DNA of 64,000 bases from Anaerohalosphaeraceae bacterium (GCA_963675525.2 CAXXSL010000011.1:384001-448000), one strand, 5' to 3'; shown: positions 41,381-51,672, numbered from the stretch's first letter. Notes: generated by a model from the letters alone, not told the origin. Made by a program: numbers and translations.

Positions 41381-42382
41381 ATGGACAACTCAGCGGTCAT
41401 TCAGGAATTTTTAAGCTATTTAAACTACGAGAAACACTTTTCCGCTCATACCTCAAAATGCTATGGAGCGGATTTGGCTCAATTTGTCACATTTATTACC
41501 GAGCACAGCCATTCAGGGGAACCGGCCAGCCATGACGACCATCAGAGTCCATGGAATGGTTCCGGGGCCACCGCGACTCAGACCCAAACCGACGTTCAGA
41601 TCGACAAGCTTTTGCTGGACGTCGATGTCAACACCATTCGGCGCTTTATGGGTGTTCTGTCACAGCAGCAATACTCCAAGTCCACCACCGCACGCAAGTT
41701 GGCGACGCTCCGAAGCTTTTACAAGTTTCTCGTCAAACGCGATTATGTGTCAAGCAACCCCGTTACCAGCATTAAAACCCCCAAGCAGGAAAAAAGACTG
41801 CCGAAGTTCCTCGAATACGAACAGGTCCAGCGCCTGCTGAACACCCCGCCGGCCAATACCTGGCTGGGAGCCAGAGACCGCTCCATCATGGAGGTCCTCT
41901 ACAGCACCGGGATGCGGGTCAGTGAACTGGTAGCGCTGAATTTAGATGACATCGATTTTCTGAGCGAAGTCATTCACATTCGCGGAAAAGGCAAAAAAGA
42001 ACGCATCAGTCCCATCGGGTCCAGTGCCCTGCGGTCCATTCAATCCTACATCGAGTTCCGCAACAAACGAATGGCCAACGACCCCGCCTTCGACCACAAG
42101 GTGCTTTTTGCCAATAAACACGGCAAACGGCTCAGTACCCGCAGTGTCCGACGAAAAATGGATAAATATCTCATCGAAGCGGGCCTCGACCCGGCCATCA
42201 GCCCCCACACGCTCCGGCACAGCTTTGCAACGCACATGCTCAACAACGGCGCTGACCTGCGAAGCGTCCAGGAACTGCTCGGCCATCAGTCGCTGTCAAC
42301 CACCCAGATCTACACCCATATATCGACCAGCCAGATGAACGAACAGTATCACAACGCCCACCCCATGGAAAACCAACAATAA
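41381..42382 (+). CDS. xerC: Tyrosine recombinase XerC
   Basis: RKLATLRSF, RD, TGMRVSEL, GKGKKER, HTLRHSFATH and LGH..LSTTQIY motifs. Confidence 0.9.
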   Translation: MDNSAVIQEFLSYLNYEKHFSAHTSKCYGADLAQFVTFITEHSHSGEPASHDDHQSPWNGSGATATQTQTDVQIDKLLLDVDVNTIRRFMGVLSQQQYSKSTTARKLATLRSFYKFLVKRDYVSSNPVTSIKTPKQEKRLPKFLEYEQVQRLLNTPPANTWLGARDRSIMEVLYSTGMRVSELVALNLDDIDFLSEVIHIRGKGKKERISPIGSSALRSIQSYIEFRNKRMANDPAFDHKVLFANKHGKRLSTRSVRRKMDKYLIEAGLDPAISPHTLRHSFATHMLNNGADLRSVQELLGHQSLSTTQIYTHISTSQMNEQYHNAHPMENQQ

Positions 42383-42403
42383 GAGTCGACCGACTTTCTA
42401 AAC

Positions 42404-42437
42404 AAAAAAAAGCCCGCTCTCAAAGCGGGCTTTTTTT
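42404..42437. terminator. Bidirectional intrinsic terminator
   Basis: A-run, GCCCGCT-CTCAA-AGCGGGC stem-loop and T-run between convergent genes. Confidence 0.9.
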
Positions 42438-42454
42438 ATACTTAAAACAAAAGA

Positions 42455-44596
42455 TTAATCTTTGCCCATAAATTCCGGAATGAGTTCTTTGATGGCCGCA
42501 ACGATCTTGCCGCGATCCTGGGATGGAGCAATATCTACGATTTTACCAATTAGAGATCGCAGCGTTTCACGATCTTTGGGAATCGTTTTCCAAATGGCGA
42601 TCTTAGGATGCTTGGTCGGCAGCATATCCTCACCCTCAATTGACAGTTCCTCAAACAGTTTTTCCCCCGGCCGCAAACCGCTGAATTCGATCTCGATATC
42701 CTCGCCCGGACGAAAACCGCTCAGCGTGATCAATTCCCGAGCCAGGTCCACGATCTTCACAGGTTCGCCCATATCCAGCAGGAATATCTCGCCGCCGGTG
42801 CCCATGGCCGAGGCCTGCAGCACCAACTGACTGGCCTCCGGGATCGTCATAAAGTAACGCGTCATGTCCGGATGTGTCACGGTCACCGGACCGCCGTCGG
42901 CGATCTGCTTGTTGAAGATCGGAACCACCGAACCGTTGGACCCCAGCACATTCCCGAAACGAACCGTTACAAAATGCGTCCGGCTGGTCGTGTTCAGGTC
43001 CTGAATATACATTTCCGCAATCCGCTTGGATGATCCCATAATGCTGGTCGGGTTGACGGCTTTGTCCGTACTGATCATCACGAAGTTTTCCGAACCGACC
43101 CGATCCGCCGCATCGGCAATATTCCGGGTTCCGATCACATTGTTCTTGATCGCTTCTCCGGGATTTCCTTCCATCAGCGGTACATGCTTATGCGCCGCAG
43201 CATGGATCACCACATCCGGATGATACACATCAAACAACTGATCCACGCGGACCTTATCGCCAATATCGCAAATGATCGCCTGAATGGGAACATCCGGGAA
43301 GTTTTTTCGCAGTTCCCGTTCGATGAAGAACAGGGGATTTTCAGCCTGTTCAACCAATAGCAAGGATTTCGGCCCAAATGCACAAACCTGCCGGCACATT
43401 TCCGACCCGATCGACCCCCCGGCACCGGTCACAAACAGCACTTTATCTTTCAGAAACTTCTCGATCTTCGCCAGGTCCAGTTGTACAACATCCCGACCCA
43501 GCAAGTCGTTGATGTCAACATTGCGGATCTGTGAAACACGAAGTTTCCCGGAAGCGATATCCGTGATCGACGGCACGGTACTGAAACGAAGCTGGGTACC
43601 CTGACAGACCTGGACGACGCGGCGAAGTTCTTTCCGGCTCGCGGTAGGAATCGCAATCGCCAGTTCGTCAATATTCTGCTTTTTGCAGATTTCCGGCAAT
43701 TGGTCCACATTGCCCAACACCGGAATCCCGTGGATGTTCATCCCAAGCTTGGCCGGATCATCATCAATAAATCCGACAACATCGTACTGAACATCCGTTC
43801 GGCGGCCCATTTCCCGCAGCAGGGCCTCGCCGGCATTGCCAGCGCCGATAATCAGGTAACGCCTCGCTGTTCCGCGATGTTCCGTAAAATATTGTTCATG
43901 ATACAGGCGGATCAGCATACGCAACCCGGACAGGATGACAACCGTCGTCAGTAAATCCAGCATGATCACCCCTTCAATGGTCCGCTGGACTTGCCGCAAT
44001 TGAGCATATCGCTCCATTGTTTGTTTCCGCTTTTCACTATTAAGGGGAAACGACTCAGCCTCCTTCAAAATTTCTGAAAGCCGGCTCAGTTCCATCAGGT
44101 TTCTTAAACCCTTTAGATTCTCATACTCCTTTACTAATCCACTCGATTCAACCGTACTAACAGCCGCCTCTATATCAAACTCAAGCTGCCGCATCTTTTG
44201 GCGAATAGTTTGGATCCGGACATCGGCGATAACTCGCTTACCCATGAATCCATACCCATACCAGAGAACAACAAGAACAACTGTACTAACCAAAGACGCC
44301 TTGGCAATTTGAAAAAGATCGCTCAATCCGACGTATCGCCACCACCCCTGATATTGTTTGCACCGCCCGAAAACAATCAATTTGACCGGAACAACAATAC
44401 AGAAAAAAATCGGAAACTGGTATATGGCCCATTTCCTTAATAACTGCATATTGTTGGCAAATAGAAACGCCAGTACCAGCGCCGTGAAAAAACAGACGAT
44501 ATGCGCCAGAACGATCAATAATTTTCGATGGTGCATGATCACTTTTTGAATCGAGCTTTGATTGTCAGGTCGTCGTTCAGACTCTGATTGCGGCAT
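42455..44596 (-). CDS. CapD/WbpM/PglF-like membrane-bound UDP-sugar 4,6-dehydratase
   Basis: N-terminal TMs, GAGNAG, TGAGGSIGSE, HAAAHKHVP, STDKAVNP and RPGEKL motifs. Confidence 0.93.
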   Translation of the reverse strand: MPQSESERRPDNQSSIQKVIMHHRKLLIVLAHIVCFFTALVLAFLFANNMQLLRKWAIYQFPIFFCIVVPVKLIVFGRCKQYQGWWRYVGLSDLFQIAKASLVSTVVLVVLWYGYGFMGKRVIADVRIQTIRQKMRQLEFDIEAAVSTVESSGLVKEYENLKGLRNLMELSRLSEILKEAESFPLNSEKRKQTMERYAQLRQVQRTIEGVIMLDLLTTVVILSGLRMLIRLYHEQYFTEHRGTARRYLIIGAGNAGEALLREMGRRTDVQYDVVGFIDDDPAKLGMNIHGIPVLGNVDQLPEICKKQNIDELAIAIPTASRKELRRVVQVCQGTQLRFSTVPSITDIASGKLRVSQIRNVDINDLLGRDVVQLDLAKIEKFLKDKVLFVTGAGGSIGSEMCRQVCAFGPKSLLLVEQAENPLFFIERELRKNFPDVPIQAIICDIGDKVRVDQLFDVYHPDVVIHAAAHKHVPLMEGNPGEAIKNNVIGTRNIADAADRVGSENFVMISTDKAVNPTSIMGSSKRIAEMYIQDLNTTSRTHFVTVRFGNVLGSNGSVVPIFNKQIADGGPVTVTHPDMTRYFMTIPEASQLVLQASAMGTGGEIFLLDMGEPVKIVDLARELITLSGFRPGEDIEIEFSGLRPGEKLFEELSIEGEDMLPTKHPKIAIWKTIPKDRETLRSLIGKIVDIAPSQDRGKIVAAIKELIPEFMGKD

Positions 44597-44614
44597 ACAA
44601 ATTCCCTGTTTTAA

Positions 44615-45898
44615 TTATTCTTTGACCTGTTCCAGATGCATATAGACCTGTTCATGTTCAATCCTGTCCACTTTTTTTCGCATCAGCGCATAAATCACCG
44701 TTGAAGCACTGAACACATAACTGACCACATACGCCAGTAAAAAACCGATGATCATCAGCAGAAATAAATAAATGACGAATGAAACCACCGACTCACTCCA
44801 GCCCGTAGCGCCGGATGCCCTGCTTAAAACATCCATAAACTCAGGCCGATCCCAAACACGCTGGATTTTATCACCGTATCCGGCCATGCCCATTCCCACG
44901 GCAAGCAGTCCGTACGTAAAACGCAGCACAATAAAGATGATCAACCGCAGCACCAGGTAGAAAAATGTCCCGAAGATGCTGGACATAAACACATAATAAA
45001 ACATCCAGACGGGGCGGTTGAGTACATAGCTGAATGAACGGCCGATGGAGTCCAGTCCGCTGGTACCTTCATAGGCAATCGCCGGATACAGTAAAAGCCC
45101 TCCCGCAGCCACACCAATAACCAGCAGAAAAATAATCGCCCCGAAAATCAGTAAAAAACCGAACAAAACACTTAACAACAGGTCACCCACCCACGGGATC
45201 CCGGCTGTCAACCCGACCAATAACACCACCAGTGAAAAAACCATAACCATCCCCGCCGGAATCAACGGCGCCGACAGATAAGACCCGAATTTCTCAGCGG
45301 CATAATGTAATGCCTCAAACAGACCGGGGCGTTCTTCCTGAGCGAACTCCAGTGACGCACAACGGCAAATCGCCCCGCCGGAAAAGCTGAAGACAATAAA
45401 TGATACGCTAAAAAAGAACAGGCTGTAGATCGGATGAAACCGAAAAGCCCACAAAACCGCACGAAAACATTCCCATATATTTCCCAAAACATACTGAACA
45501 TTCTGAAAAATATTCCTGTTGCCAAGGTCCAATAAATGCGTTGTCGAACGATGAAAACGCGATGTCACAAAATCCCACAAGGTCGAAAAGACGCCTTGCC
45601 TGTCGCCGTAGGAAACGTCCTGCAATTGCTCGATAAAGGCGCCTGCCTCTGAGGAATCCTGAATATAAAGGTCCAACTCCGTTTGACCGACATTCAAACC
45701 ATACTGAGGATAGTTCTGGGAACAAACCACAACACCCTGACTGCATCGATCCATTAAATAGCCAAGCAGGCAAACAGTAAGGATTGCACAAAACGCAATC
45801 ACCAGTTTGACCGGCCCAATCGCCAGCTTAAAACTCAAAGCCAGTTCCGGCAGTGCAAGATCGTCCCAGATACTTCGTAGTGAATATCGTCCCGCCAA
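44615..45898 (-). CDS. Hypothetical multi-pass membrane protein
   Basis: 427-aa ORF with about six or seven hydrophobic segments, co-oriented with yacG and the CapD-like gene. The start is uncertain. Confidence 0.7.
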   Translation of the reverse strand: MAGRYSLRSIWDDLALPELALSFKLAIGPVKLVIAFCAILTVCLLGYLMDRCSQGVVVCSQNYPQYGLNVGQTELDLYIQDSSEAGAFIEQLQDVSYGDRQGVFSTLWDFVTSRFHRSTTHLLDLGNRNIFQNVQYVLGNIWECFRAVLWAFRFHPIYSLFFFSVSFIVFSFSGGAICRCASLEFAQEERPGLFEALHYAAEKFGSYLSAPLIPAGMVMVFSLVVLLVGLTAGIPWVGDLLLSVLFGFLLIFGAIIFLLVIGVAAGGLLLYPAIAYEGTSGLDSIGRSFSYVLNRPVWMFYYVFMSSIFGTFFYLVLRLIIFIVLRFTYGLLAVGMGMAGYGDKIQRVWDRPEFMDVLSRASGATGWSESVVSFVIYLFLLMIIGFLLAYVVSYVFSASTVIYALMRKKVDRIEHEQVYMHLEQVKE

Positions 45899-45950
45899 GG
45901 GTCATCCTTTCCTTCGACTGATTGCGATTTCCACAAATCTCTTCAACCGC

Positions 45951-46154
45951 TCACTGATCGTCAATTATTTCGTCCTCAGAATCACTGGCTGCGGTTGGAA
46001 TCCGATAATCCCCATCCAGCCAACTCCCCAAGTCAAGCAACCGGCATCGCTGACAGCAAAACGGAAAAAATGCTGCATTGATCTGCTTTTTCCCGTCCTC
46101 CTTGGATGTCGCCGAAGGGATTACTTTCCCGCACGCTGGACACTTATAATCCAT
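45951..46154 (-). CDS. yacG: DNA gyrase inhibitor YacG
   Basis: CPAC...FPFCCQRC..LDLGSW...YRI. Confidence 0.9.
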   Translation of the reverse strand: MDYKCPACGKVIPSATSKEDGKKQINAAFFPFCCQRCRLLDLGSWLDGDYRIPTAASDSEDEIIDDQ

Positions 46155-46193
46155 GAATCAACATATTCCTAAAACGGTCACACCAAAAAAACA

Positions 46194-46973
46194 CTAAACC
46201 AACTCTTCATCGTCATCATCGATACCGTAAAAGAGAGCATTCTTTTCTTCTTCTTCTTCATCGATATAATCTTCTTCCTCGTCATCATCATCATCGATCT
46301 CATCAGAATCTTCTGCTTCATCAGACTCATAATCATACCAATGATCGTCTTCGCTGGCCAATCCTTTCTCGATCATCTCGGCGTACTGGACACAGTACGG
46401 AGTCCACGGAATCCCTTCCAGACGAACTTTGGGGATCGGTTGTCCGGTGCCTTCACAGATTCCATAAGTCCCCTCTTCAATTCGCTTCAGGGCCGCAACA
46501 ATCTCATGGACGATCTTTCGCTCACTGTCCATCAGGCCCAGCGAAAATTCCTGCTCATAATTATCACTGCCGATATCGGCCATATGGATCGGCATGCTGG
46601 AAAGGTCCCCGCTGGCGTCCAGCCTGGACGTTTTGAGTGCTTCAGTTTCAATGTGGTTGACGTCGCCTGTTATTTCCTTGAGCTTTTCGATCAACAATGC
46701 ACGGAAATGCTTTAATTCAGCTTTTGAAAGTGTTGATTTTCTACGCTGTCTGCGACGAAGCGTTTTTAGAGCAGACGTCTTCTTTTTAGCAGTGCGTTTT
46801 TTGGTTTGTTTCTTTGTTACCTTTTTGACTGCCTTTTTCGCGGTTTTCTTCACCGCTTTCTTGGTCACAAGCTTCTTAGGCGTACTTTTTTTAGCTGTTT
46901 TCTGGGTGACAGTTTTTTTCGTCGTTTTCTTCACAGCCTTCGTCGTTGCTTTCTTTTTTACCTTTTTTGCCAC
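46194..46973 (-). CDS. TraR/DksA-family regulator with a Lys-rich N-terminus and an acidic C-terminus
   Basis: HMADIGSD and ALKRIEEGTYGICE...RLEGIPW motifs. Confidence 0.9.
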   Translation of the reverse strand: MAKKVKKKATTKAVKKTTKKTVTQKTAKKSTPKKLVTKKAVKKTAKKAVKKVTKKQTKKRTAKKKTSALKTLRRRQRRKSTLSKAELKHFRALLIEKLKEITGDVNHIETEALKTSRLDASGDLSSMPIHMADIGSDNYEQEFSLGLMDSERKIVHEIVAALKRIEEGTYGICEGTGQPIPKVRLEGIPWTPYCVQYAEMIEKGLASEDDHWYDYESDEAEDSDEIDDDDDEEEDYIDEEEEEKNALFYGIDDDDEELV

Positions 46974-47149
46974 TCGAACTTTGCCTTTCCGCTATCTTGG
47001 TGCCATCTGGGAGTTTATAGTACCCCTTTGATAAAATCGAATGGGGTATGATACACAAAATGCCCTCATTATGACAACCAAAATATTGGTTTTGACCAAA
47101 AATGCTCCGCTTCTTGGCACAATCACATAACTTTATTTAAAAGAATAAG

Positions 47150-47953
47150 TTACAATTCATCCAAAGGGTGATCCTTGGAAAACTTACCCAGCGGGATAAA
47201 GAATTTTTCACGACAGACAAGACCCTGATACCCCTTTACAGAAAAGGTCTCTTCGATTCGTTCGGCATCCAGCACCTCTTCGGGGGTACCCTGAAAATAG
47301 GTTCCGCCACTGCCAAGCAGTAAAACCCGGTCACAATACTGGCAGGTCAGGTTAATGTCATGGGTCACCAATACCACCGTTTTACCCTGTTCGGCCTGCA
47401 TTTGTTTGAGTAAATCAAAAATCCGCACCTGATGCTTTAAGTCCAGATGGCTGGTTGGCTCATCCAACAGCAAAATCGGGGTTTCCTGAGCCAGAGCCCG
47501 GGCAATAAAAACACGCTGCCGTTCGCCACCGCTGAGATGCCCCAGCGGACGGTCCGAAAAATCCAGCGTATCCGTTGCACGCAACGCCGATTCCACAGCC
47601 GCAGCATCCTCCGGTTCCTCAAAAAGGCTCGTTTTTTTTCGATAAAAACGGGCCATCATCACCGTTTCACGCACCGAAAACCCAAACACCGGCACAAATT
47701 CCTGGCGAACCATCGACAAGACCCCTGCCAGCCGCCGTGTTGAAAAAGATGAAACAGGTTCATCGTCAATATGAATTGTCCCACGCCGCGGCTTTAACTG
47801 ACCGCTCAGCAAATTCAGGAACGTACTTTTCCCCGACCCATTCGGCCCGACAATCGCCCAAAAGGAATGCTTCTCAACCGCCAGTGAAAGGTCTTTCAGC
47901 ACCGGCTGATCTTCATACCCAAATGTAACATCCTGTATCTGAATGAAACTCAC
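47150..47953 (-). CDS. Cobalamin/iron-chelate ABC ATPase (BtuD/FecE-like)
   Basis: GPNGSGKS, LSGGERQR and LLDEPTSHLD motifs. The start is reassigned to GTG 47953, overlapping the permease stop (GTGA). Confidence 0.9.
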   Translation of the reverse strand: MSFIQIQDVTFGYEDQPVLKDLSLAVEKHSFWAIVGPNGSGKSTFLNLLSGQLKPRRGTIHIDDEPVSSFSTRRLAGVLSMVRQEFVPVFGFSVRETVMMARFYRKKTSLFEEPEDAAAVESALRATDTLDFSDRPLGHLSGGERQRVFIARALAQETPILLLDEPTSHLDLKHQVRIFDLLKQMQAEQGKTVVLVTHDINLTCQYCDRVLLLGSGGTYFQGTPEEVLDAERIEETFSVKGYQGLVCREKFFIPLGKFSKDHPLDEL

Positions 47954-48978
47954 GCGTGTCCCCAATGAATGGTTTTCGTATAACGAATCAGTAAAATCAG
48001 AAAAAACGGTCCTCCCGTTAATGCAGTGATCACCCCCACCGGCAGCAGAATCGGTCGCGCGACCGCATCCGCAATAACCAGAAAGGCCGCACCGATGATA
48101 GCGCTTAGTGGAATCAGTTGACGATGGTCCGGCCCCGCCACCAGGCGAACCGCATGCGGAACAACCAGCCCCACAAAACCGATCAATCCGCTCAGAGAAA
48201 CTGCTATCGATGTGATCAGTGCCGCACAGGCAAACGCCAAAAAACACGTTCGTTCGATCGGAACACCCAAACTGCGAGCATCCTGGCGGCCAAAGCTGAG
48301 AATATTTAATTGATTGCCGAGCATCAATAAAAATAGAATCCCCAACAGAACAATCGCGCCCGAAGCCAGCAAGGGTGTCATTCGGTCAAGCTCGGCAAAA
48401 CTGCCCATCAGCCATAACATGGTCGTCTGAAATTTTTTAGCACTCGCGATAGAAGATAAAAACATGATAATGGCAGAAAAGAAAGCGTTCACAACCACCC
48501 CCGCCAATAACAACCCGGTGACATGGACCCGCCCGGTCACGCGCCCGATACTCCAGACCAGCCAGACCGTTCCCATCGCACCCGTAAACGAAGCGACCAT
48601 CAGGGCCGATAAGCCCCAGAACGTCCACGTCCAGCCTAACAGAACGGCCAACATACAGCCCAGCCCGGCGCCACTGGAAACACCGAGAATATACGGATCG
48701 GCCAGTGGATTGCGAAGGATCGCCTGGAACACCACACCTGAGCAAGCCAGCGCCGCGCCGACAATGGCCGCCAGCAACACACGTGGTAAACGAACATTCA
48801 CAAGAATAACATAATCACTGTTGGGCACACCGTCGACCACCGGTCCCTGCATCGCATGACGCAGCGAAATATCCTGCGAACCGACCAGCAGGCAAACGGC
48901 CATTACCACAACCAGCAGCAGCACCGCCAGACCACAACGAACGATCAGCTTTCCGGGCGTTAACATTGATTCATTCAT
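47950..48978 (-). CDS. Cobalamin/iron-chelate ABC permease (BtuC/FecCD)
   Basis: RLPR, RNPLADPYILGVSSGA and IGFVGLVVPH motifs. ATGA overlap with the upstream gene. Confidence 0.92.
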   Translation of the reverse strand: MNESMLTPGKLIVRCGLAVLLLVVVMAVCLLVGSQDISLRHAMQGPVVDGVPNSDYVILVNVRLPRVLLAAIVGAALACSGVVFQAILRNPLADPYILGVSSGAGLGCMLAVLLGWTWTFWGLSALMVASFTGAMGTVWLVWSIGRVTGRVHVTGLLLAGVVVNAFFSAIIMFLSSIASAKKFQTTMLWLMGSFAELDRMTPLLASGAIVLLGILFLLMLGNQLNILSFGRQDARSLGVPIERTCFLAFACAALITSIAVSLSGLIGFVGLVVPHAVRLVAGPDHRQLIPLSAIIGAAFLVIADAVARPILLPVGVITALTGGPFFLILLIRYTKTIHWGHA

Positions 48979-49862
48979 TCCTGCCATAGACACCCCGCCA
49001 CGAGTTCGGCGGCCTCATCCAGCCGCGGTCCCAACCGCGAGACCAAATCGCCGTCAATGATATGAATCCGGCCGTTCTGCACCGCCGGAACAACCGCATA
49101 CCGATGATAAAACTCCGCGGCACTCTTTTGTTGTTCTTCAAACTGCTCCGCATCCATCACCGGCTCGATAATCACATCCGGCATACTGCCGATGACTTCT
49201 TCGGCACTGATCGGCGGATATTGAATGAGTGTCGTTCCGATTGCATTCACACCGCCGGTCATCTCGATCAACTCATTGATAAACGTATCCCGTCCGGCAA
49301 CACGCAGCGGATGCCGCTGAATCACCCAGAGCACTTTCGGCCTTTGACGCCCCGCATAATGAGCGATGATTTCCGACTGCTTATCCTGTAGTCGCTCAAC
49401 CATTAACTGCGATTCAGACTGTTTTTTAACCGCTTTTCCGATTTCAGCAATCGCCTCGTACAACTGGTCAATCGCCTCGATCCGCAGCGTCAATGTTTTG
49501 CAGCCAATCCGCTCCATATGCGATACAATCGCCGCCTGCTGGTCAAACCAGAGATTCACCAGCAACGTCGGACGCAATGCCAGCACCGCCTCAATATCCG
49601 GCTGCCAAAAAGTCCCCACGCATGGTTTCTCCTGTGCCTGAGCCGGATAAGTGCTGTATTTTGTCACGCCGACAATCTCGTCATCCAATCCCAGCGCAAA
49701 CAAAATTTCCGTCAGATTCGGCGCCATCGAAACAATTCGCATATCAGTCCCGCCAACCTCAGCCGTGTCTGCCGGTCCTGATTTTTTCGAACAACCAAAA
49801 AAAACAAAGGATGCTATAAATATCAAACGCCACAAAGGCAGATTGCGTCTTACATTTAACAT
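48975..49862 (-). CDS. BtuF-like substrate-binding lipoprotein
   Basis: Lipobox FFGC, RIVSMAPNLTEILFALG, AVQNGRI and R.GPR motifs. ATG 49862 directly follows the mutL stop. Confidence 0.88.
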   Translation of the reverse strand: MLNVRRNLPLWRLIFIASFVFFGCSKKSGPADTAEVGGTDMRIVSMAPNLTEILFALGLDDEIVGVTKYSTYPAQAQEKPCVGTFWQPDIEAVLALRPTLLVNLWFDQQAAIVSHMERIGCKTLTLRIEAIDQLYEAIAEIGKAVKKQSESQLMVERLQDKQSEIIAHYAGRQRPKVLWVIQRHPLRVAGRDTFINELIEMTGGVNAIGTTLIQYPPISAEEVIGSMPDVIIEPVMDAEQFEEQQKSAAEFYHRYAVVPAVQNGRIHIIDGDLVSRLGPRLDEAAELVAGCLWQE

Positions 49863-49863
49863 T

Positions 49864-51672
49864 CTAAAAGCCCGTCCGCTTAAACTGTTTTTCAAGCTCA
49901 TGGATAGAAAAGGCAATCGTCGTCGGGCGGCCATGCGGACAACGGCTGGTCCGCTGAACGACCCCTTTGTCTTTTAACAATTTGGCAATTTCGTCGGGCG
50001 ACAGCGGTTGACCGGCTTTGATCGCCGCCTTACACGCCGCCATGTCCAGTATCTCATGCAGCAGTCGTTCTTCATCCGCAGACTCGCCCTCATCCGTTAA
50101 CTTGTCCAGCATCTCCGTAACAAACTCCACGGGATCAGCCGTCTCAAGCATCACAGGAAACGCCTGCACCGCTAAGGTATTCGGTCCAAACGGCTCCAGC
50201 TCGATACCGAGTTTCTCAAAAAGCGATGTCTGCGACTCATACGCCTGCATCTGGACCGCGGTTACCTCAAAACTATGCGGCATTAACAACCGCTGCGAAA
50301 CCAGGCTGCCCTCCCGCAATCGTCGGCACATTTGTTCATACAAAATCCGCTCATGCAGGGCATGCTGGTCGATTACCACAAACCCTTCCTGGCTCTGCAG
50401 AAGAATATACGTATTATGCACCTGAAGAAATTCCCGCGCCAGCCAGTTTTCAGAAACCGGCTCATCCTTAAAATCGGGCATCTCCGGCAAGGGTATCGAT
50501 GACGAACCGGAACCCGAATAAGGGGATTTGCCAAACGTAAATCTTCGCTGCGGCTGAGCCGATGCGGGCTTGTCGAAAAAATCCTTCATCGCCTCTCGGA
50601 TACGTTCTTTTCGGGCTTCCTGGCCAAAGGCACACGTTAAATCCAGCGACCCGCCGGTCGGCACACTTCCGCTAACATCCAGATTTGAACTGAGCAGCTT
50701 ATCCCGCAGTACGGCCAGCACCTCCGAATGAACCGCGTTGGCATTATCAAACCGTACTTCCACTTTCGTCGGGTGCACATTGACATCAAACCCGGCCGGC
50801 GGCATCTGCATAAACAAAAATACCACCGGGTACTTGTTCGGCTCCATCAGACCGCGATAAGCTTCCTTGATCGCATGCAGAATAAACTTATCCCGGATAA
50901 ACCGGCCGTTCAGGAACAGGTATTGATATTTACTGCCAGCACGTGCCGCCGCCGGTTTTGCCAGCAGCGCATGCAACTGCATCCCGCGTTCGGATCGGCT
51001 GGTCGCCAGCAGGTCGGCTGCCAGGTCCCTGCCGAACAGGACCGCAATGCGTTCGACAACCCCCTGTCCGCTCAGCAGACGATAGACCTCTTTGCCGTTG
51101 TGACGCAGCGTCATATCCAGGTTTTCGTGGGCCAATGCGATACGCGTAAAATGTTCGGTAATATGCGACATCTCCGTCGCGGGCGTACGCAGGAATTTTC
51201 GGCGAACCGGCAGTTTATAAAACAGATTGCGGACCTCGATGGTCGTACCGGTATCGCCGCTGCATGGACGAACCTCGTTCTTTTTCCCGCAGTCGATGTC
51301 AATCCGGTTGGCCCCGATTGAGTCCGCCGTTCGACTGATGACCGTCACCTTTGCCACCGAACCGATACTGGCCAGCGCCTCGCCGCGAAACCCCATCGTC
51401 CGAATCCCCCCCAGGTCCTCATGCGTGCGTATTTTACTGGTTGCGTGAGGTTCAAACGCCAGCGCAAGGTCCTCTGCATCCATCCCCCCGCCGTCATCAA
51501 TGATCCGGATCAATGCCCGGCCGCCCTCCTCGACCTCAACGGTGATTTTACCCGCACCGGCATCGATGCTGTTTTCCAGCAATTCCTTGACGACACTGGC
51601 CGGCCGTTCGATCACCTCTCCGGCAGCGATCATGTTGATCATGTTGTCGTCCAGAACCGCTATCTTACCCAT
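49864..51672 (-). CDS. mutL: DNA mismatch repair endonuclease MutL
   Basis: IAAGEVIERP, GFRGEAL, DVNVHPTK, DQHALHER, ACK and CPHGRP motifs. Confidence 0.98.
   Translation of the reverse strand: MGKIAVLDDNMINMIAAGEVIERPASVVKELLENSIDAGAGKITVEVEEGGRALIRIIDDGGGMDAEDLALAFEPHATSKIRTHEDLGGIRTMGFRGEALASIGSVAKVTVISRTADSIGANRIDIDCGKKNEVRPCSGDTGTTIEVRNLFYKLPVRRKFLRTPATEMSHITEHFTRIALAHENLDMTLRHNGKEVYRLLSGQGVVERIAVLFGRDLAADLLATSRSERGMQLHALLAKPAAARAGSKYQYLFLNGRFIRDKFILHAIKEAYRGLMEPNKYPVVFLFMQMPPAGFDVNVHPTKVEVRFDNANAVHSEVLAVLRDKLLSSNLDVSGSVPTGGSLDLTCAFGQEARKERIREAMKDFFDKPASAQPQRRFTFGKSPYSGSGSSSIPLPEMPDFKDEPVSENWLAREFLQVHNTYILLQSQEGFVVIDQHALHERILYEQMCRRLREGSLVSQRLLMPHSFEVTAVQMQAYESQTSLFEKLGIELEPFGPNTLAVQAFPVMLETADPVEFVTEMLDKLTDEGESADEERLLHEILDMAACKAAIKAGQPLSPDEIAKLLKDKGVVQRTSRCPHGRPTTIAFSIHELEKQFKRTGF

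Noticed and set aside
41381..42382. Tyrosine recombinase as a prophage or island integrase
   Set aside because: It looks like housekeeping XerC. I saw no att repeats, tRNA, cargo genes or dif-like site nearby.
47954..48247. N-terminal extension of the ABC ATPase in the ORF track
   Set aside because: It overlaps the permease. GTG 47953 gives a normal-length protein.
49863..49934. Cobalamin riboswitch before btuF-like genes
   Set aside because: There is no intergenic space; the gene abuts mutL.
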